From positions 3,040,001 through 3,104,000 of the forward strand of contig OY969801.1 in assembly GCA_963703225.1 (NCBI GenBank): a stretch of 64,000 nucleotides of DNA, read 5' to 3'. Below are positions 38,870-49,881 of this stretch, piece after piece. Below the pieces are notes generated by a model. That model saw nothing but the letters and a program-made list of their open reading frames with translations. It ran no database searches and had not been told where the DNA came from. How positions within the stretch are numbered: position 1 is the first letter of the stretch; every line of letters starts with the position of its first letter. This stretch comes from Candidatus Eiseniibacteriota bacterium (GTDB lineage: Bacteria > Eisenbacteria > RBG-16-71-46 > SZUA-252). A program made the position numbers and the translations under genes.

Positions 38870-41740
38870 TCGGCGCCGCGGCGGTTCGTGCTACCCTTCT
38901 CGTCGCACTTCTTCTCGGCGCGGCCTTCTCTCCGCCGGCGGAAGCCGGAAGTACCCCCAAGCCAAGGAAATCACCCATGACCGGCGGCACCGCGGCTCTT
39001 GTCGACCAGCCACCCGTTCACGAGACCATCCTCGCGAACGGGCTCAAGGTGCTGGTCCAAGAGGTCCACACCGCACCGGTCGTGTCGTTCATGGTCTGGT
39101 ACAAGGTCGGCTCGCGGAACGAGAGCGCGGGGATCACCGGCATTTCCCACCTCCTCGAGCACATGATGTTCAAGGGAACGCCGACCTACGGAAAGGGCGA
39201 GATCGCGCGCCTCCTCCAGCGAAACGGCGCCTCGTTCAACGCGGGGACCTCCCTCGACTACACCAACTACTTCGAAGTGCTGGCGTCCGACCGGCTGGAG
39301 CTGGCGATGACGATGGAAGCCGACCGGATGCGAAACGCGCTGATCCCGGACGAGGAGCACCGCCTCGAGATGACGGTCGTGCGGTCGGAGCTGGAGCGAA
39401 ACGAGGACAACCCGCACCGCGCGCTCTATCTGGAAACCTTCGCGCAGGCGTTCAAGGCGCACCCCTACCACTGGCCCACCATCGGCTGGCGCACCGACGT
39501 GGAGCAGATCACGACGGATCAGATCCGCGACTACTACCGCTCGCACTACATGCCGAACAACGCGACCGTGGTCATCGTCGGGGACGTCGATCGCGCGAGG
39601 GCCCTGGCGCTGGTGGAGAAGTACTTTGGCCCCATCCCGCGCGGGACGGACCCGCCCGAGGTGAAGGTGGTGGAGCCACCCCAGTTTGGGGAGCGCCGCT
39701 TCAAGATCAGAAAGCCCGGCGACACGTCCTACCTCATGGTCTCGTGGCGAAACCCCACGCTCACCGACCCCGACACTTACCCACTCGACGTGCTGGGGAT
39801 GATTCTGGGGCACGGCCACACGTCACGGCTCTATGGCGCGCTGGTCGAGAAGAAGCTGGCCACCGAGATCGACGCCGCCAACGAGACGGCGAGGGATCCG
39901 TTTCTCCTGATCGTCCAGGCGACGGTCGCTCCCGGGGCGACCCTCGACAGCGTGGAGACGGCGATCTACCAGGAGGTGGATCGGTTGAAGCGGGAGCCGG
40001 TCACCACGGCGGAGCTGGCCCGGGCCAAACGTCAGGTTCAGGCCTCCTTTGTTTACGCCAAGGATTCCATCCGGAGCTTGGCGCAACAATTGGGGTACTT
40101 CGAGACAGTGGCCTCCCATCGATATCTCGACACCTACGTGGATCGGATCGGCGCCGTGACCGCGGCGGATCTTCAGCGCGTGGCGAAGAAGTACCTCGTC
40201 GAGGATTCTCGTACCGTGGGCCAGTACGACCCGATTCCGGCCGATTCGGCGCTGGGTAGCACGGACGGACAGGAAGGGGGACGGGCCGAAAGCTTCGCTG
40301 GCTTCGCGCACTCCGTGCATCGCTCCGCCAACGAACTTTCGGCCCGTCCCCTTGCCTATTCGTATCGCGACGAGGCGGCGCCATCGAACCCGCAGACCGA
40401 GACCCAATCGCTGCCTGTCGGCGTTGCTGGTGCAGGAGCGATGCACGAAGTGCGCGAAGGCACCAGCAACGTCGAGCGGCGCGTTTTGAGCAATGGTATG
40501 ACGCTGATTACCCGCGAAAACCACGCCAATCCCACGATCGCCCTCCAGGGAATGGTCAAGGCCGGCGGCATCTTCGATCCCCCGAACAAGAGCGGCCTCG
40601 CGGCGTTTCGTCGGAGAGATGCTCAACCAGGGAACCAAGACCCACACCGCGCTGGAGCAGGCGACCGTGATCGAGAGCCTCGGCGCCTCGCTCCGCTTCG
40701 ACGGCGGGCCGGAGACGCTCTCCATTTCCGGGAATCTCCTGTCGGGCGACCTCGAGGTGATCCTCGGCGCGCTGGCCGACGCGCTCCAGAATCCGATCTT
40801 CCCGCCCGAGCAGATCGAGAAGGTCCGCGGGGAGATGATCATCGACTACCGAATTGGCGAGAACTCGACAGCGAGCGTCGCCTCGCGCCGCGCGAACGAG
40901 CTTCTCTATCCGGTGGGGCATCCTTACCACTTTCATCCCGGCGGCACCGAATCGACGCTGACCGCGATCACGCGCGACGATCTCGTCCGCTTCCACGCGA
41001 AGCACTACGGTCCCAACACCCTGACCCTCGTCCTGGTCGGCGACGTGACGGCAACCCAGGCGGCGAAGCTCCTCGAAAAGGCGTTCGGCGGATGGAAGCC
41101 GCTCCCCAATCCCCCACCGTTCCAGGTCGCCGCGGCGCCACCGCCCACCGGCGTGACGCGCGTGGTGGTCACCAAGCCGGGCAAGTCGCAGGCCGACGTC
41201 GCCTGGGGCGTGCCCGGGCTGCCGCGCACCGCCCCCGACTACGACGCGGCGATGATGATGAACTACGTGCTGGGCGGCGGCTCGCTCAGCAGCCGGCTCA
41301 TGGACAATCTGCGAGACAAGCAGGGTCTGGTCTACGGCGTCTACACGAGCATGCTCTCCGGCATCGGCGCCGGCCCGATTCAGATCCGGGCCGGGACCAA
41401 TCCCGAGAACGTCGACCAGACGATCTCGGCCATGCTCGAGCAGGTGAAGCTCCTCCACGATGCGGGTCCGACCGACGAGGAGATGGAGGCCGCCAAGGGC
41501 TTCCTCACCGGCGTCTTCCCGGTCCGCCTGGAGACCAACGCGGGCGTCGCGGGCCAGCTCCTGAGCGCCGAGGTCTACGGATTGGGCCTCGACTACATCG
41601 AGCGCTACCCGTCGATCGTCCGCGGCATCACGACCGCCGCCGCGGCCGCCGCCGCGCGGAAGTACCTCAACCCCGATGCCTACGTCCTGGTCATCGCGGG
41701 CTCCTACGAGGAGCCGAAGGGGACCAAGGGTGGGAACTGA
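38866..41740 (+). CDS. secreted M16 (pitrilysin/insulinase) zinc peptidase (+1 frameshift near 40606)
   Basis: HLLEHMMFKG; second half LGGGSLSSRL..LRDKQGLVY in ORF 40619..41740. Confidence 0.9.
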
Positions 41741-43074
41741 CCGCCGCATCGCGGCGCGCCCCACGGCCCGTCTCGCAGCGCGCTCTACCGACCGCCGCCT
41801 CGTCGCGCGCTCCATAGTTCTGGCGATCGGCTTCGCCGCGGCCCTTTCCACGCTCGCGACCCCGGCCCAGGCGGTGCGCTTCTTCATCCCGCGGGACCAC
41901 AAGACGATCCAGGCCGGCGTCGACGCCGCTTCACCGGGCGACACGATCTGGGTCGCCGCCGGAACCTACAAGGGGACCATCACCCTGAAGAAGAGCCTCG
42001 TGCTGTTCGGAGACGCGGGGGCCGAGAACACGATCCTCGACGGAGGGGACAGCGTCCGCGTCCTCCACATCGAGGGCGTGAAGAACGCCGCGGTCATCGG
42101 CTTCACGATCCGGCGCGGCAAGGCGAACGCGGGCGGCGGCATCCACTGCCTCCGCGACACGAGCGTCCTCTTCGCGGGCTGCCTCTTCCAGAAGAACTGG
42201 GAGAGCGCCATCTCCGCCTGGGAGTCGCGCGATCTCAATCTCCGCGAGCTCCGGTTCGAGGAGAACTCCGGAAGCGCGTTCGCGCTTCAAAACTCTTCGG
42301 CGCTCATCAACGGCTGCGAGTTCGTCAAGAATCACGGCTATTCGGGCGGCGCGATCTCCTTCAACCACTCCGGCACGACGCTCCCCCTGCGCAACTGCGT
42401 CTTCGAGGACAATCGGGCCGACGACGCCACGGGCGGCGCCATCAACGCCGACTCCTCGGACATCCTGATCGCGGATAGCGGCTTCAAGGGAAACAGCGCG
42501 AAGATCGCGGGCGGAGCGGTTGCCTCCGTGGATGGCGCCAAGGTGGCCATCACCCGCTGCAGATTCACGCAGAATCACTCCGCGGCGAGCGGCGCGGTCC
42601 ACGCCGACAAGTCGGGCCTGCAACATCGCGATGTCGGTCTTCGAGAAGAACCACGCGACCGCGCTGGGCTCCGCGATCGGGCTCTTGGACCGCGGGATCG
42701 CCGGCATCAATCCCATCATTCAAAACAACACGTTCTACAAGAACGAGTCGCAGAGCGAGGGAACGGCGATCTGGAACGAGCGCGTATCGCCCGAGATCCG
42801 GAAAAACATATTCTTCGTGGAGGGCGGCCAGCGCGCGGTGGCCGGCCTGAACACGTCGCCGCTCTACGAATGCAATCTGATCTACGATCCGTCCGGCGCC
42901 GCCGTGGGGACGCTCCCCTCGAGCGATACGCTCGTCGGGGACCCACTTTTCTGCGACGCCGAAAACGGAAATTTCTTCCTCCGCGACCTCTCCCCGGCCG
43001 TCCTGGCCACCTGCGCCCCCATCGGCGCCTTCCCTAAGAAGTGCTCCAGCTTCAAGCTCGCCCCCGGTAAGTAG
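41730..43074 (+). CDS. secreted right-handed beta-helix repeat protein (+1 frameshift near 42620)
   Basis: TIQAGVDAASPGDTIWVAAGTY, repeated F..N...GGAI, DPLFCD. Confidence 0.85.
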
Positions 43075-43205
43075 CGCTCCGCCGGCACAGGGATCGCTGC
43101 CAGCGGATCCGGAATCGGGAGGGAACTTTCGCCCCGCCCGGCCGGTAGAGGAAGGGTGAGGCGCCGCAACAGACCGGTACCCTTTCTGGAGGAAGGAGAT
43201 CCGCC

Positions 43206-44042
43206 ATGAGTCCAAACAGCACCCGCTGGCCCATCGCCGGCGTCGTGGCCGGGGCCCTGTGTTTCGCGCTGACGGCCGCGCCCGCGCTCGCCAACCCACA
43301 GGACGATGAGGACGATTCGGGAGGAAAGACCCGGAAGGAAATCCGCGTCTACTCCGACAGCGACGATGACGACGCGGCCCCGGGCGTCCGTGTGTACCGA
43401 TACGACGACGAGAGCGATTCGGCACCCGACACGCGGAAGGATATCCGCGTCTGGCAAGGCGACGGCGAGGAGGCCAAGGTTTCAGGGGGGTATCTCGGCG
43501 TCCGCGTCCAGGACATCACCCGGGAGCTTCAGAAGGCCAAGGATCTGCCCAACACCGAGGGCGCGCTCATCGCCAGGGTCGAGTCCGACAGCCCGGCCTC
43601 TCGCGCTGGAATCCAGAGGGGCGACGTGATCGTCGAGGTGGATAAGCACTCGATCGGAGAATCTTCGGAGCTCATTCGCAGGATGGGCGATTTGGAGCCC
43701 GGTGCGAAGGTGCCGGTCGTGGTGCTACGAAACGGCATGAGGAAGACGCTCACCGTCACCGTTGGCAAGCGGCCCAAGGAATTCACGATGGTCATGCCGC
43801 GGACGTCGCGTCGGGCGCCCTACTGGGTGGAGCGCGGCGACATGCCCCAGATGCCTGAGATCGGCGAGCAGCTCGACCGGATCCGGGAATACCGCCAGGA
43901 TCTTCAGCGCCAGCTCGCAGACATCCAGGAGCAGCTGACCAGGCTCCGCGAGGGAGACCTCCAGCGCCTGGAGGAGGAGATCAAGGCGCTTCGGGAGGAG
44001 CTGCGCGCCCGGGACAACGAGCGTCCCCGCTCGAACTACTAG
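43206..44042 (+). CDS. secreted PDZ-domain protein with C-terminal coiled coil
   Basis: GYLGVRVQD, SPASRAGIQRGDVI; no protease domain; SD AAGGAG. Confidence 0.85.
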   Translation: MSPNSTRWPIAGVVAGALCFALTAAPALANPQDDEDDSGGKTRKEIRVYSDSDDDDAAPGVRVYRYDDESDSAPDTRKDIRVWQGDGEEAKVSGGYLGVRVQDITRELQKAKDLPNTEGALIARVESDSPASRAGIQRGDVIVEVDKHSIGESSELIRRMGDLEPGAKVPVVVLRNGMRKTLTVTVGKRPKEFTMVMPRTSRRAPYWVERGDMPQMPEIGEQLDRIREYRQDLQRQLADIQEQLTRLREGDLQRLEEEIKALREELRARDNERPRSNY

Positions 44043-44181
44043 GGATTTCGAGGCAAGCGGGCGGTACCGCGCCGGGACTTGAGGTCCCCCCGAACCCCGG
44101 AGCGGCCGCCCGCCCCTCCCCCTGCCGGCCCCGCCGCGGGTCGGTCCCCCAGGGGGGTATCCAGGGGCCCCTCTTGGGGGG

Positions 44182-44210
44182 TTGGCCTGAGCAGCCGGGC
44201 ATGTTACACT
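44182..44210 (+). promoter_or_regulatory. sigma-70-type promoter
   Basis: TTGGCC-17 nt-TACACT with extended TG. Confidence 0.5.
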
Positions 44211-44356
44211 TAGGGTGTCCTAGGCGCCTCCACGCTGGGACTGCGTACTTTTAGCTTCATATCGGCCAGCCCAGTCCGATAACCCTGGAGGGGGCAATCA
44301 TTTGTCCCCTTTCCTTCCGTCGACAGGAAGTCCCCGCGGATGAGGGCTAAGTGATT

Positions 44357-45406
44357 ATGGCAAAACGAAATACAACTGTTTTCATCGCCGCGGCGCTTGG
44401 GGCTGCCCTGGTCATGGATGGAATTGCTGCCCCGACAGTCGAGGCGAAGCCGTCCCCGCCCTGTATTCCGGCCCAGGAAGGGGCCAGAGTGCCCTCCGGG
44501 AGCGTGAGCGCCCCGGGGTCGAGGACGGGCAACGTCCAGCTGGCCGCGGCCACGGCTTCCAAGAGGTCGACCCGCCCCAGGACCCGCCGCCGGCGCCGCC
44601 AGCCCCCGCTTCGGCTCCCGGCCGTCACGCCGTACGGGATCCCGCGCCTCCACGTGAAGGCCGCTTACGTCGTCGACGCGACCAACAACCGCGTCCTCTT
44701 CCAGAAGAATCCCGAGCGCGTGCTCCCGATCGCGAGCCTGACCAAGCTGATGACCGCGATGGTCTTTCTCCAGACCGCTCCGGAGTGGGATCGCGTGATC
44801 GAGATCGTTCCCGAGGACGTCCGCAATTCCAGCCGGACGCGGATCCGCGCGCGCGAGGAGATCACCGTGCGCGACCTGATCCACGCGGCGCTGATGTCGT
44901 CCGATAACGCGGCCACCAAGGCCTTGGTTCGCACCTGTGGTATCCCGCGCGAGGAGTTCGTGCGCCGGATGAACAGCCTGGCCGACTCGCTCAAACTCGA
45001 GGGCACGCACTTCGTGGAGCCGACCGGATTGAGCGAGCTGAACGTCTCCACCGCGCAGGCGCTGGCGCGGACGCTCCAGGTTGCGTCCGGAAACGAGATC
45101 GTGAGCGCGATCACGCAGAAGACGGACTACAGCTTCACCACCAATCGCCGTGTTCACCACCTGGTCAACACCAACCGCCTGCTCCGCAGCCAGTACGACA
45201 TCACGAGCGGGAAGACCGGCTTCATCCGCGAATCGGGATACTGCCTGGTCACCAACGTGAAGGGCCCGACCGGCATCGACATCACGGCGGTCGTGCTCGG
45301 CGCGCCGAGCAACGCGCTCCGCTTCGCCGAGGCGCGGCGCATCCTCGACTGGACCTTCCGCTTCGGCCTCACGCCTCTCCCTGGCATCACCCCGGAGAGC
45401 GATTAG
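44357..45406 (+). CDS. S11 D-alanyl-D-alanine carboxy/endopeptidase (PBP7-like)
   Basis: ASLTK (SxxK), SDN, KTG. Confidence 0.92.
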   Translation: MAKRNTTVFIAAALGAALVMDGIAAPTVEAKPSPPCIPAQEGARVPSGSVSAPGSRTGNVQLAAATASKRSTRPRTRRRRRQPPLRLPAVTPYGIPRLHVKAAYVVDATNNRVLFQKNPERVLPIASLTKLMTAMVFLQTAPEWDRVIEIVPEDVRNSSRTRIRAREEITVRDLIHAALMSSDNAATKALVRTCGIPREEFVRRMNSLADSLKLEGTHFVEPTGLSELNVSTAQALARTLQVASGNEIVSAITQKTDYSFTTNRRVHHLVNTNRLLRSQYDITSGKTGFIRESGYCLVTNVKGPTGIDITAVVLGAPSNALRFAEARRILDWTFRFGLTPLPGITPESD

Positions 45407-45407
45407 A

Positions 45408-46916
45408 TTGACGCGGGCTCCACGACGCCAGGGACTTGGCGCCGCCGTGGGCCTCGTCGTAGCCATCCTCGGCTTCACCGTGCTCGCGGGCACCGCGTTT
45501 CTCCGCCCGCTGGCCGCCGCGCCTTCCTCGAATGGGGACTTTGCCTCGCCCGTCGCGGGCGCGTTCGTCTATCCCGTCGGTGACGAGCTGAACTACCAGC
45601 GGCCGCACGAAGGCGAAGCGCACGGATACTACGTTTCCGACCGTTACCTCGCCCGACGGGGGAAGAAGAAGCAGCGAACCCACTACGGCATCGACCTCGC
45701 GTGCGGCCAAGGGGGCGCGCCGGTTCGGGCGATCGCGTCGGGAGTCGTGACCGTGTCCGACGCCAACGCCATGATCCGGGTGAAGACCAAGCAGAAGATC
45801 CGGCTGCCGGTGGTGGAAGACGGAAAGCGCGTCTACAAGAACAGCTGGCGCTGGAAGACGACCTACAAATGGCGGACCGGTTGGGGCAACTACGTGGTCC
45901 TCCGCCACACGCTTCCCACCGGCGAGACGGTCTACTCCCTCTACGCGCATTTGAAGCCCAAGTCGGTCCTGGTCCGCAGGGGCGACGTCGTGGCCGCGGG
46001 GGAGCAGATCGGAAACGTCGGCCGGACCGGACGCGCCACCTCCTCGCACCTTCATCTGGAAGTGCGCCGGGCCGTCCCCGCCGACCCCGACGACGTGGCC
46101 TTCGACGAGGAATCGGCGGAGGACGAGACCACGCCCGAGGAGCGGACCTACGCTCAATACCAGCCGGTCGATCCCCTCGCGTTTCTCGAGCGCCACGTCC
46201 GGGTCTACAAGGATCTCGATCCGGGCACGTGGCAGGCGCGCTACGCGCTGGCCGCCTGCCGGGACGGCATCCTGGCCGCCGACAACGACGAGTTCGAGCC
46301 CGACGATTCCGTGACGCGCGGCGAGTACTACCGCGCCATGGTCATCGCGTTCCGCCTCGCCACGCCCTTCACCACGAAAGAATGGGATTCAACAGTTGAT
46401 GCGATGGTCGACACGGAGGTTCTGGATTCGGACACGGCGCACGGCCAGCGGGCCGGGGACAAGATCTCGAGGTCCGAGGCGCTGGAGATCTTGCTCCGCT
46501 GCCTCGACCGCCATCAGGCGCGGGCGCGGAACCTCGCGTCGATCGACGCCATGAAGATGTCGCGGGACTTCAACGTGCAGTTCGCGGGAATGGACGCGGC
46601 CGTGGAGGCGGAGGCCAAGGCCAAGTCGGCCGCGATGGCGGAGACGAAGGCGCGCCAGAAGGCGGAGTACGATCGGGTCGCCCGCGCGCGGAAGGCGGCC
46701 AAGGCGCAGGGAAAAACCTCCAAGGCCAAAGTCAAGGCGGTGCCGCCGGTCAAGCCCGTGCCCCTGGTCGATCCCGGGTTCGAAGCCGTCGCCAAGTCGA
46801 AGAAGAATTTGACCCGCGCCGAATCGTGCCTGTTGATCGCGCTCGCGCTTCGATTGGGCCAGGAGCGCTACTCCGCGTTGGAGCGCGCGGCCTCGCGCGT
46901 GGCGGACTCGGGGTAG
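45408..46916 (+). CDS. M23 peptidase with SLH-like C-terminal repeats
   Basis: HYGID, YAHL, HLHLE; FEPDDSVTRGE, ISRSEA, LTRAE. Confidence 0.85.
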   Translation: MTRAPRRQGLGAAVGLVVAILGFTVLAGTAFLRPLAAAPSSNGDFASPVAGAFVYPVGDELNYQRPHEGEAHGYYVSDRYLARRGKKKQRTHYGIDLACGQGGAPVRAIASGVVTVSDANAMIRVKTKQKIRLPVVEDGKRVYKNSWRWKTTYKWRTGWGNYVVLRHTLPTGETVYSLYAHLKPKSVLVRRGDVVAAGEQIGNVGRTGRATSSHLHLEVRRAVPADPDDVAFDEESAEDETTPEERTYAQYQPVDPLAFLERHVRVYKDLDPGTWQARYALAACRDGILAADNDEFEPDDSVTRGEYYRAMVIAFRLATPFTTKEWDSTVDAMVDTEVLDSDTAHGQRAGDKISRSEALEILLRCLDRHQARARNLASIDAMKMSRDFNVQFAGMDAAVEAEAKAKSAAMAETKARQKAEYDRVARARKAAKAQGKTSKAKVKAVPPVKPVPLVDPGFEAVAKSKKNLTRAESCLLIALALRLGQERYSALERAASRVADSG

Positions 46917-46990
46917 CTGTAGGCGCTGCCGCCCGGCCTGACCCCGACTCGGGGTAGCCGCCACACCCGCCCTTCTGTAGTCTCTCTGTT

Positions 46991-48274
46991 GTGAAACCCT
47001 CCAGCTCTCCCGCCTCCGCCGACGTCGCCTCCCACCCTCGCCTCATTCTCGCCCGCGCCGAGGGGGTCCACGTCTGGGACCGCGGCGATCACCGATATCT
47101 CGACGCGACCTCCGGCGCCTTTTGCGTCCAGCTGGGATACACGCGCCCCGACATCGTGGAAGCGATGACGGAAGCCGCGGTCCGGCTCCCCCACGCCCGG
47201 CCTTCCCAATTCGAGAGCGAGGATGGGGAGGCGTACCGACGGGAGCTGCTCGAGGCGGCGGGTCCGCGCTACGTCCGCGTGTTCCCGACCAGCTCCGGGA
47301 GCGAAGCCGTGGATGTCGCGCTCAAGATCGCGCACCGCTACCAGCTCGCCATGGGACGTTGGGAGCCCGGGCCGGTGCGCCACCTGAGCGGCCATTACCA
47401 CGGCGCCACCCTCGGCGCGCTCGGCGTCACCGGCGTGCGCGCGCGGCGCGCCCCGTACGATGATCTCCTGGCTGAGGAGCCAGGCGATGAGGCGGAGAGG
47501 GCAACCCCGGGCCGGGGCCCGGCCGCCGCGATGATCCTCGAGACGATCCCCGCGGCCGGGCTCGGCGCGCCGGTGCCGCCCCCAGGCTACCTCGCGAGGA
47601 TCCGCGCCCAGTGCGACGACGCCGGCGCCCTTTGGATCGCCGACGAGGTCTTGACCGGGTTCGGCCGCGTGGGCGCGCTGTTCGCGTGGCAGCGCTTGGC
47701 GGAGCGGCAGGCGCCCGACGGGGCCGCGCCCGATCGGGATGTCGCCCCCGACGCGATCGTCTTCGGCAAGGGTGCGGGCGCGGGCTTTGCGCCGGTGGCG
47801 GGCGTCTTGATTACCGATCGCGTCGCGCGAGCCCTCGACGCCGCCGGCTTCAGCCATTTCCAGACGTACGGCGGGAACCCGATCGCCTCCGCGGTCGGAC
47901 GCCGCGTGCTGGAGGCCATGGTCGAGGAGAAGATTTACGAGCGCGTCCGGGCCGCGGAATCGGATCTGGAGCGCGCGCTTCGCTCGCTCCTCGACCTATC
48001 GCCGGTCAGCGACGTTCGCGGGATCGGCTACCTCTGGGGAATCGAGCTGGCGGAGGATCGCGCGGCCGGCCGCCCCTTCCCCCGAGAACGGCGCGTGGCC
48101 GAGCGGGTGGCCGACGCGTGCCGCGAGCACGGCGTCCTGGTCCACGCCGGCTCCGGCTGCTACGACGGTGTGCGCGGGGATTTCATCCTCGTCGCGCCGC
48201 CCCTGATCACGGGCAAGGGCTCGTTCGAGACGATCGTCGAGGCGCTCGCGGAGGCGATTCCAGCGGTAGCCTGA
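46991..48274 (+). CDS. class III aminotransferase
   Basis: SGSEA, YHGAT, IADEVLTGFGRVG, FGKG, TYGGNP. Confidence 0.92.
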   Translation: MKPSSSPASADVASHPRLILARAEGVHVWDRGDHRYLDATSGAFCVQLGYTRPDIVEAMTEAAVRLPHARPSQFESEDGEAYRRELLEAAGPRYVRVFPTSSGSEAVDVALKIAHRYQLAMGRWEPGPVRHLSGHYHGATLGALGVTGVRARRAPYDDLLAEEPGDEAERATPGRGPAAAMILETIPAAGLGAPVPPPGYLARIRAQCDDAGALWIADEVLTGFGRVGALFAWQRLAERQAPDGAAPDRDVAPDAIVFGKGAGAGFAPVAGVLITDRVARALDAAGFSHFQTYGGNPIASAVGRRVLEAMVEEKIYERVRAAESDLERALRSLLDLSPVSDVRGIGYLWGIELAEDRAAGRPFPRERRVAERVADACREHGVLVHAGSGCYDGVRGDFILVAPPLITGKGSFETIVEALAEAIPAVA

Positions 48275-48289
48275 GGAGGGCCCTGATCA

Positions 48290-49054
48290 GTGGATTCGCA
48301 CCGACACATATCTCCATGCACTCGCGGAGGGATCTCAGCAGGGGCGGCCGCTCTCGTGGCTATGCTGGGCGGCGGCTGCGCCCCAGGAGTCCAAATGCTG
48401 AGGAGCGACCCGGGCCTCAGCGGGGCGGGGTTCAGGCGGGACGGGATCGCGGTGCTGGGAGCGGTCGGCTACATCGTGCCCGATTCCGCTGAGGGGACCC
48501 TCACCAGGGAGTGGGACAGAGCCTTCGCGGAGTACCGAAGCGATCTCGCCGTGGATTCCTGGCGGTCAACGATCGAGCGGCTTGGAGCCGACCTCCGCGA
48601 GGAGTTGCTTTCGTCCTATCGAAGCTGGGGGAACCTCGACTCAGCTCTTGTTTTCCGTGCCCGAGACGCGCTGGGCGACTCCACGCGCTACGCCGCGATC
48701 GCCCGGCTAATCACCGATGAGATCGGTCACGACCGCACCGTCCTCGACGCCAGCAGCAACTCGGTTCTCGAGAACAACGTCACCCTCTCGACCAGCCGCA
48801 GCGCCATTTTCAATGGAGAGATATGGGACTTGGTGACGGGCACGCCCGTTTGGAGCGCGACCGTGGAGGTGAATCGCGAGAAAAGCGAGGACCAACATGA
48901 TCCAGCGGAGAACGAGATCAGCTCGTGGGGAGACCTTCTGGGCACCGTGGTCCAATCCATCGTTCTGGACGATCCCAAGAACCCCGATGCCCCAAAGCTC
49001 CGGAAATTGGCACGGGAGGGATTCGGCAAACTGGTGAAGAAGATGCCCAAGTGA
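48290..49054 (+). CDS. hypothetical lipoprotein
   Basis: Hydrophobic stretch then GGGC; IWDLVTGTPVWSA. Confidence 0.7.
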   Translation: MDSHRHISPCTRGGISAGAAALVAMLGGGCAPGVQMLRSDPGLSGAGFRRDGIAVLGAVGYIVPDSAEGTLTREWDRAFAEYRSDLAVDSWRSTIERLGADLREELLSSYRSWGNLDSALVFRARDALGDSTRYAAIARLITDEIGHDRTVLDASSNSVLENNVTLSTSRSAIFNGEIWDLVTGTPVWSATVEVNREKSEDQHDPAENEISSWGDLLGTVVQSIVLDDPKNPDAPKLRKLAREGFGKLVKKMPK

Positions 49055-49067
49055 GGACCCCGCTCTC

Positions 49068-49860
49068 TCAGATAGTCGGGCGCGGCCCCGTCCTGTCGGC
49101 TCCCTTCGTCTCGAGCCGGCCCAACAATCGCAGCAGCCCATCCAGGATCGTGAGCGGATGGGGCGGGCATCCCGGGACGTAGAGGTCGACCGCGATGTCG
49201 TTCGGGACGCCGCCGTGCGACGCGGCCGCGCCGGCGAACGGACCCCCGCTGATGGCGCAGGCTCCGACCGCGATCACCAGGCGCGGCGAGGGAACCGCCG
49301 CATAGGTCTCCCGTAGCGCGCGTCCCATGTTGTCGGTCACGGGTCCCGTTATGACGATCCCGTCGGCGTGCCTCGGGGAAGCCACGAATTCCACGCCGAA
49401 CCGGCTGAGATCGAACACAACGTTTCCAAGCGCGATCAACTCGGCCTCGCAGCCGTTGCAGCCGCCCGCCGAGACTTGCCGGAGTCGTAGAGAGCGGCCG
49501 AAGAGCCGGCGCATCTTCGCGTCGAGCGCTCGGGCCAGCGGGTATTCCCCCTCGGTGACCACCAATCCGTCCCGGGACCGCGCGGCCATGCGAAAGTCCG
49601 TCGTGTAGGCGATCGCGCCGGTGGGGCACGCGTCCTGACACGCGCCGCAGAAGAGGCAGGCGCCCAGGTCCACCCCCAGCGGTTGCGTCCCGATGGCGTT
49701 CGTCGGACAGGCGTCTCGCGCATTCCCGGCACCCGTCGTCGCAGCGTGAGGCGTCGACCGTGGGCCGCCCGCGGAACCGCTCCGGGAGCTCCACCGGGAC
49801 GAGGGGGAATCGCAGCGTCTGCCTCCCCCTCGCGATCCTCGTCTTCAGCAGTCGAAGCAA
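49068..49860 (-). CDS. ehrS: Ehr/hydrogenase-4-like small subunit fused to a 4Fe-4S dicluster domain (+1 frameshift near 49716)
   Basis: CLFCGACQDACP; GGCNGCE, GACAISGG, PGCPP. Confidence 0.88.
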
Positions 49861-49881
49861 ATCGTCCTCCCCTGCGCTGCC

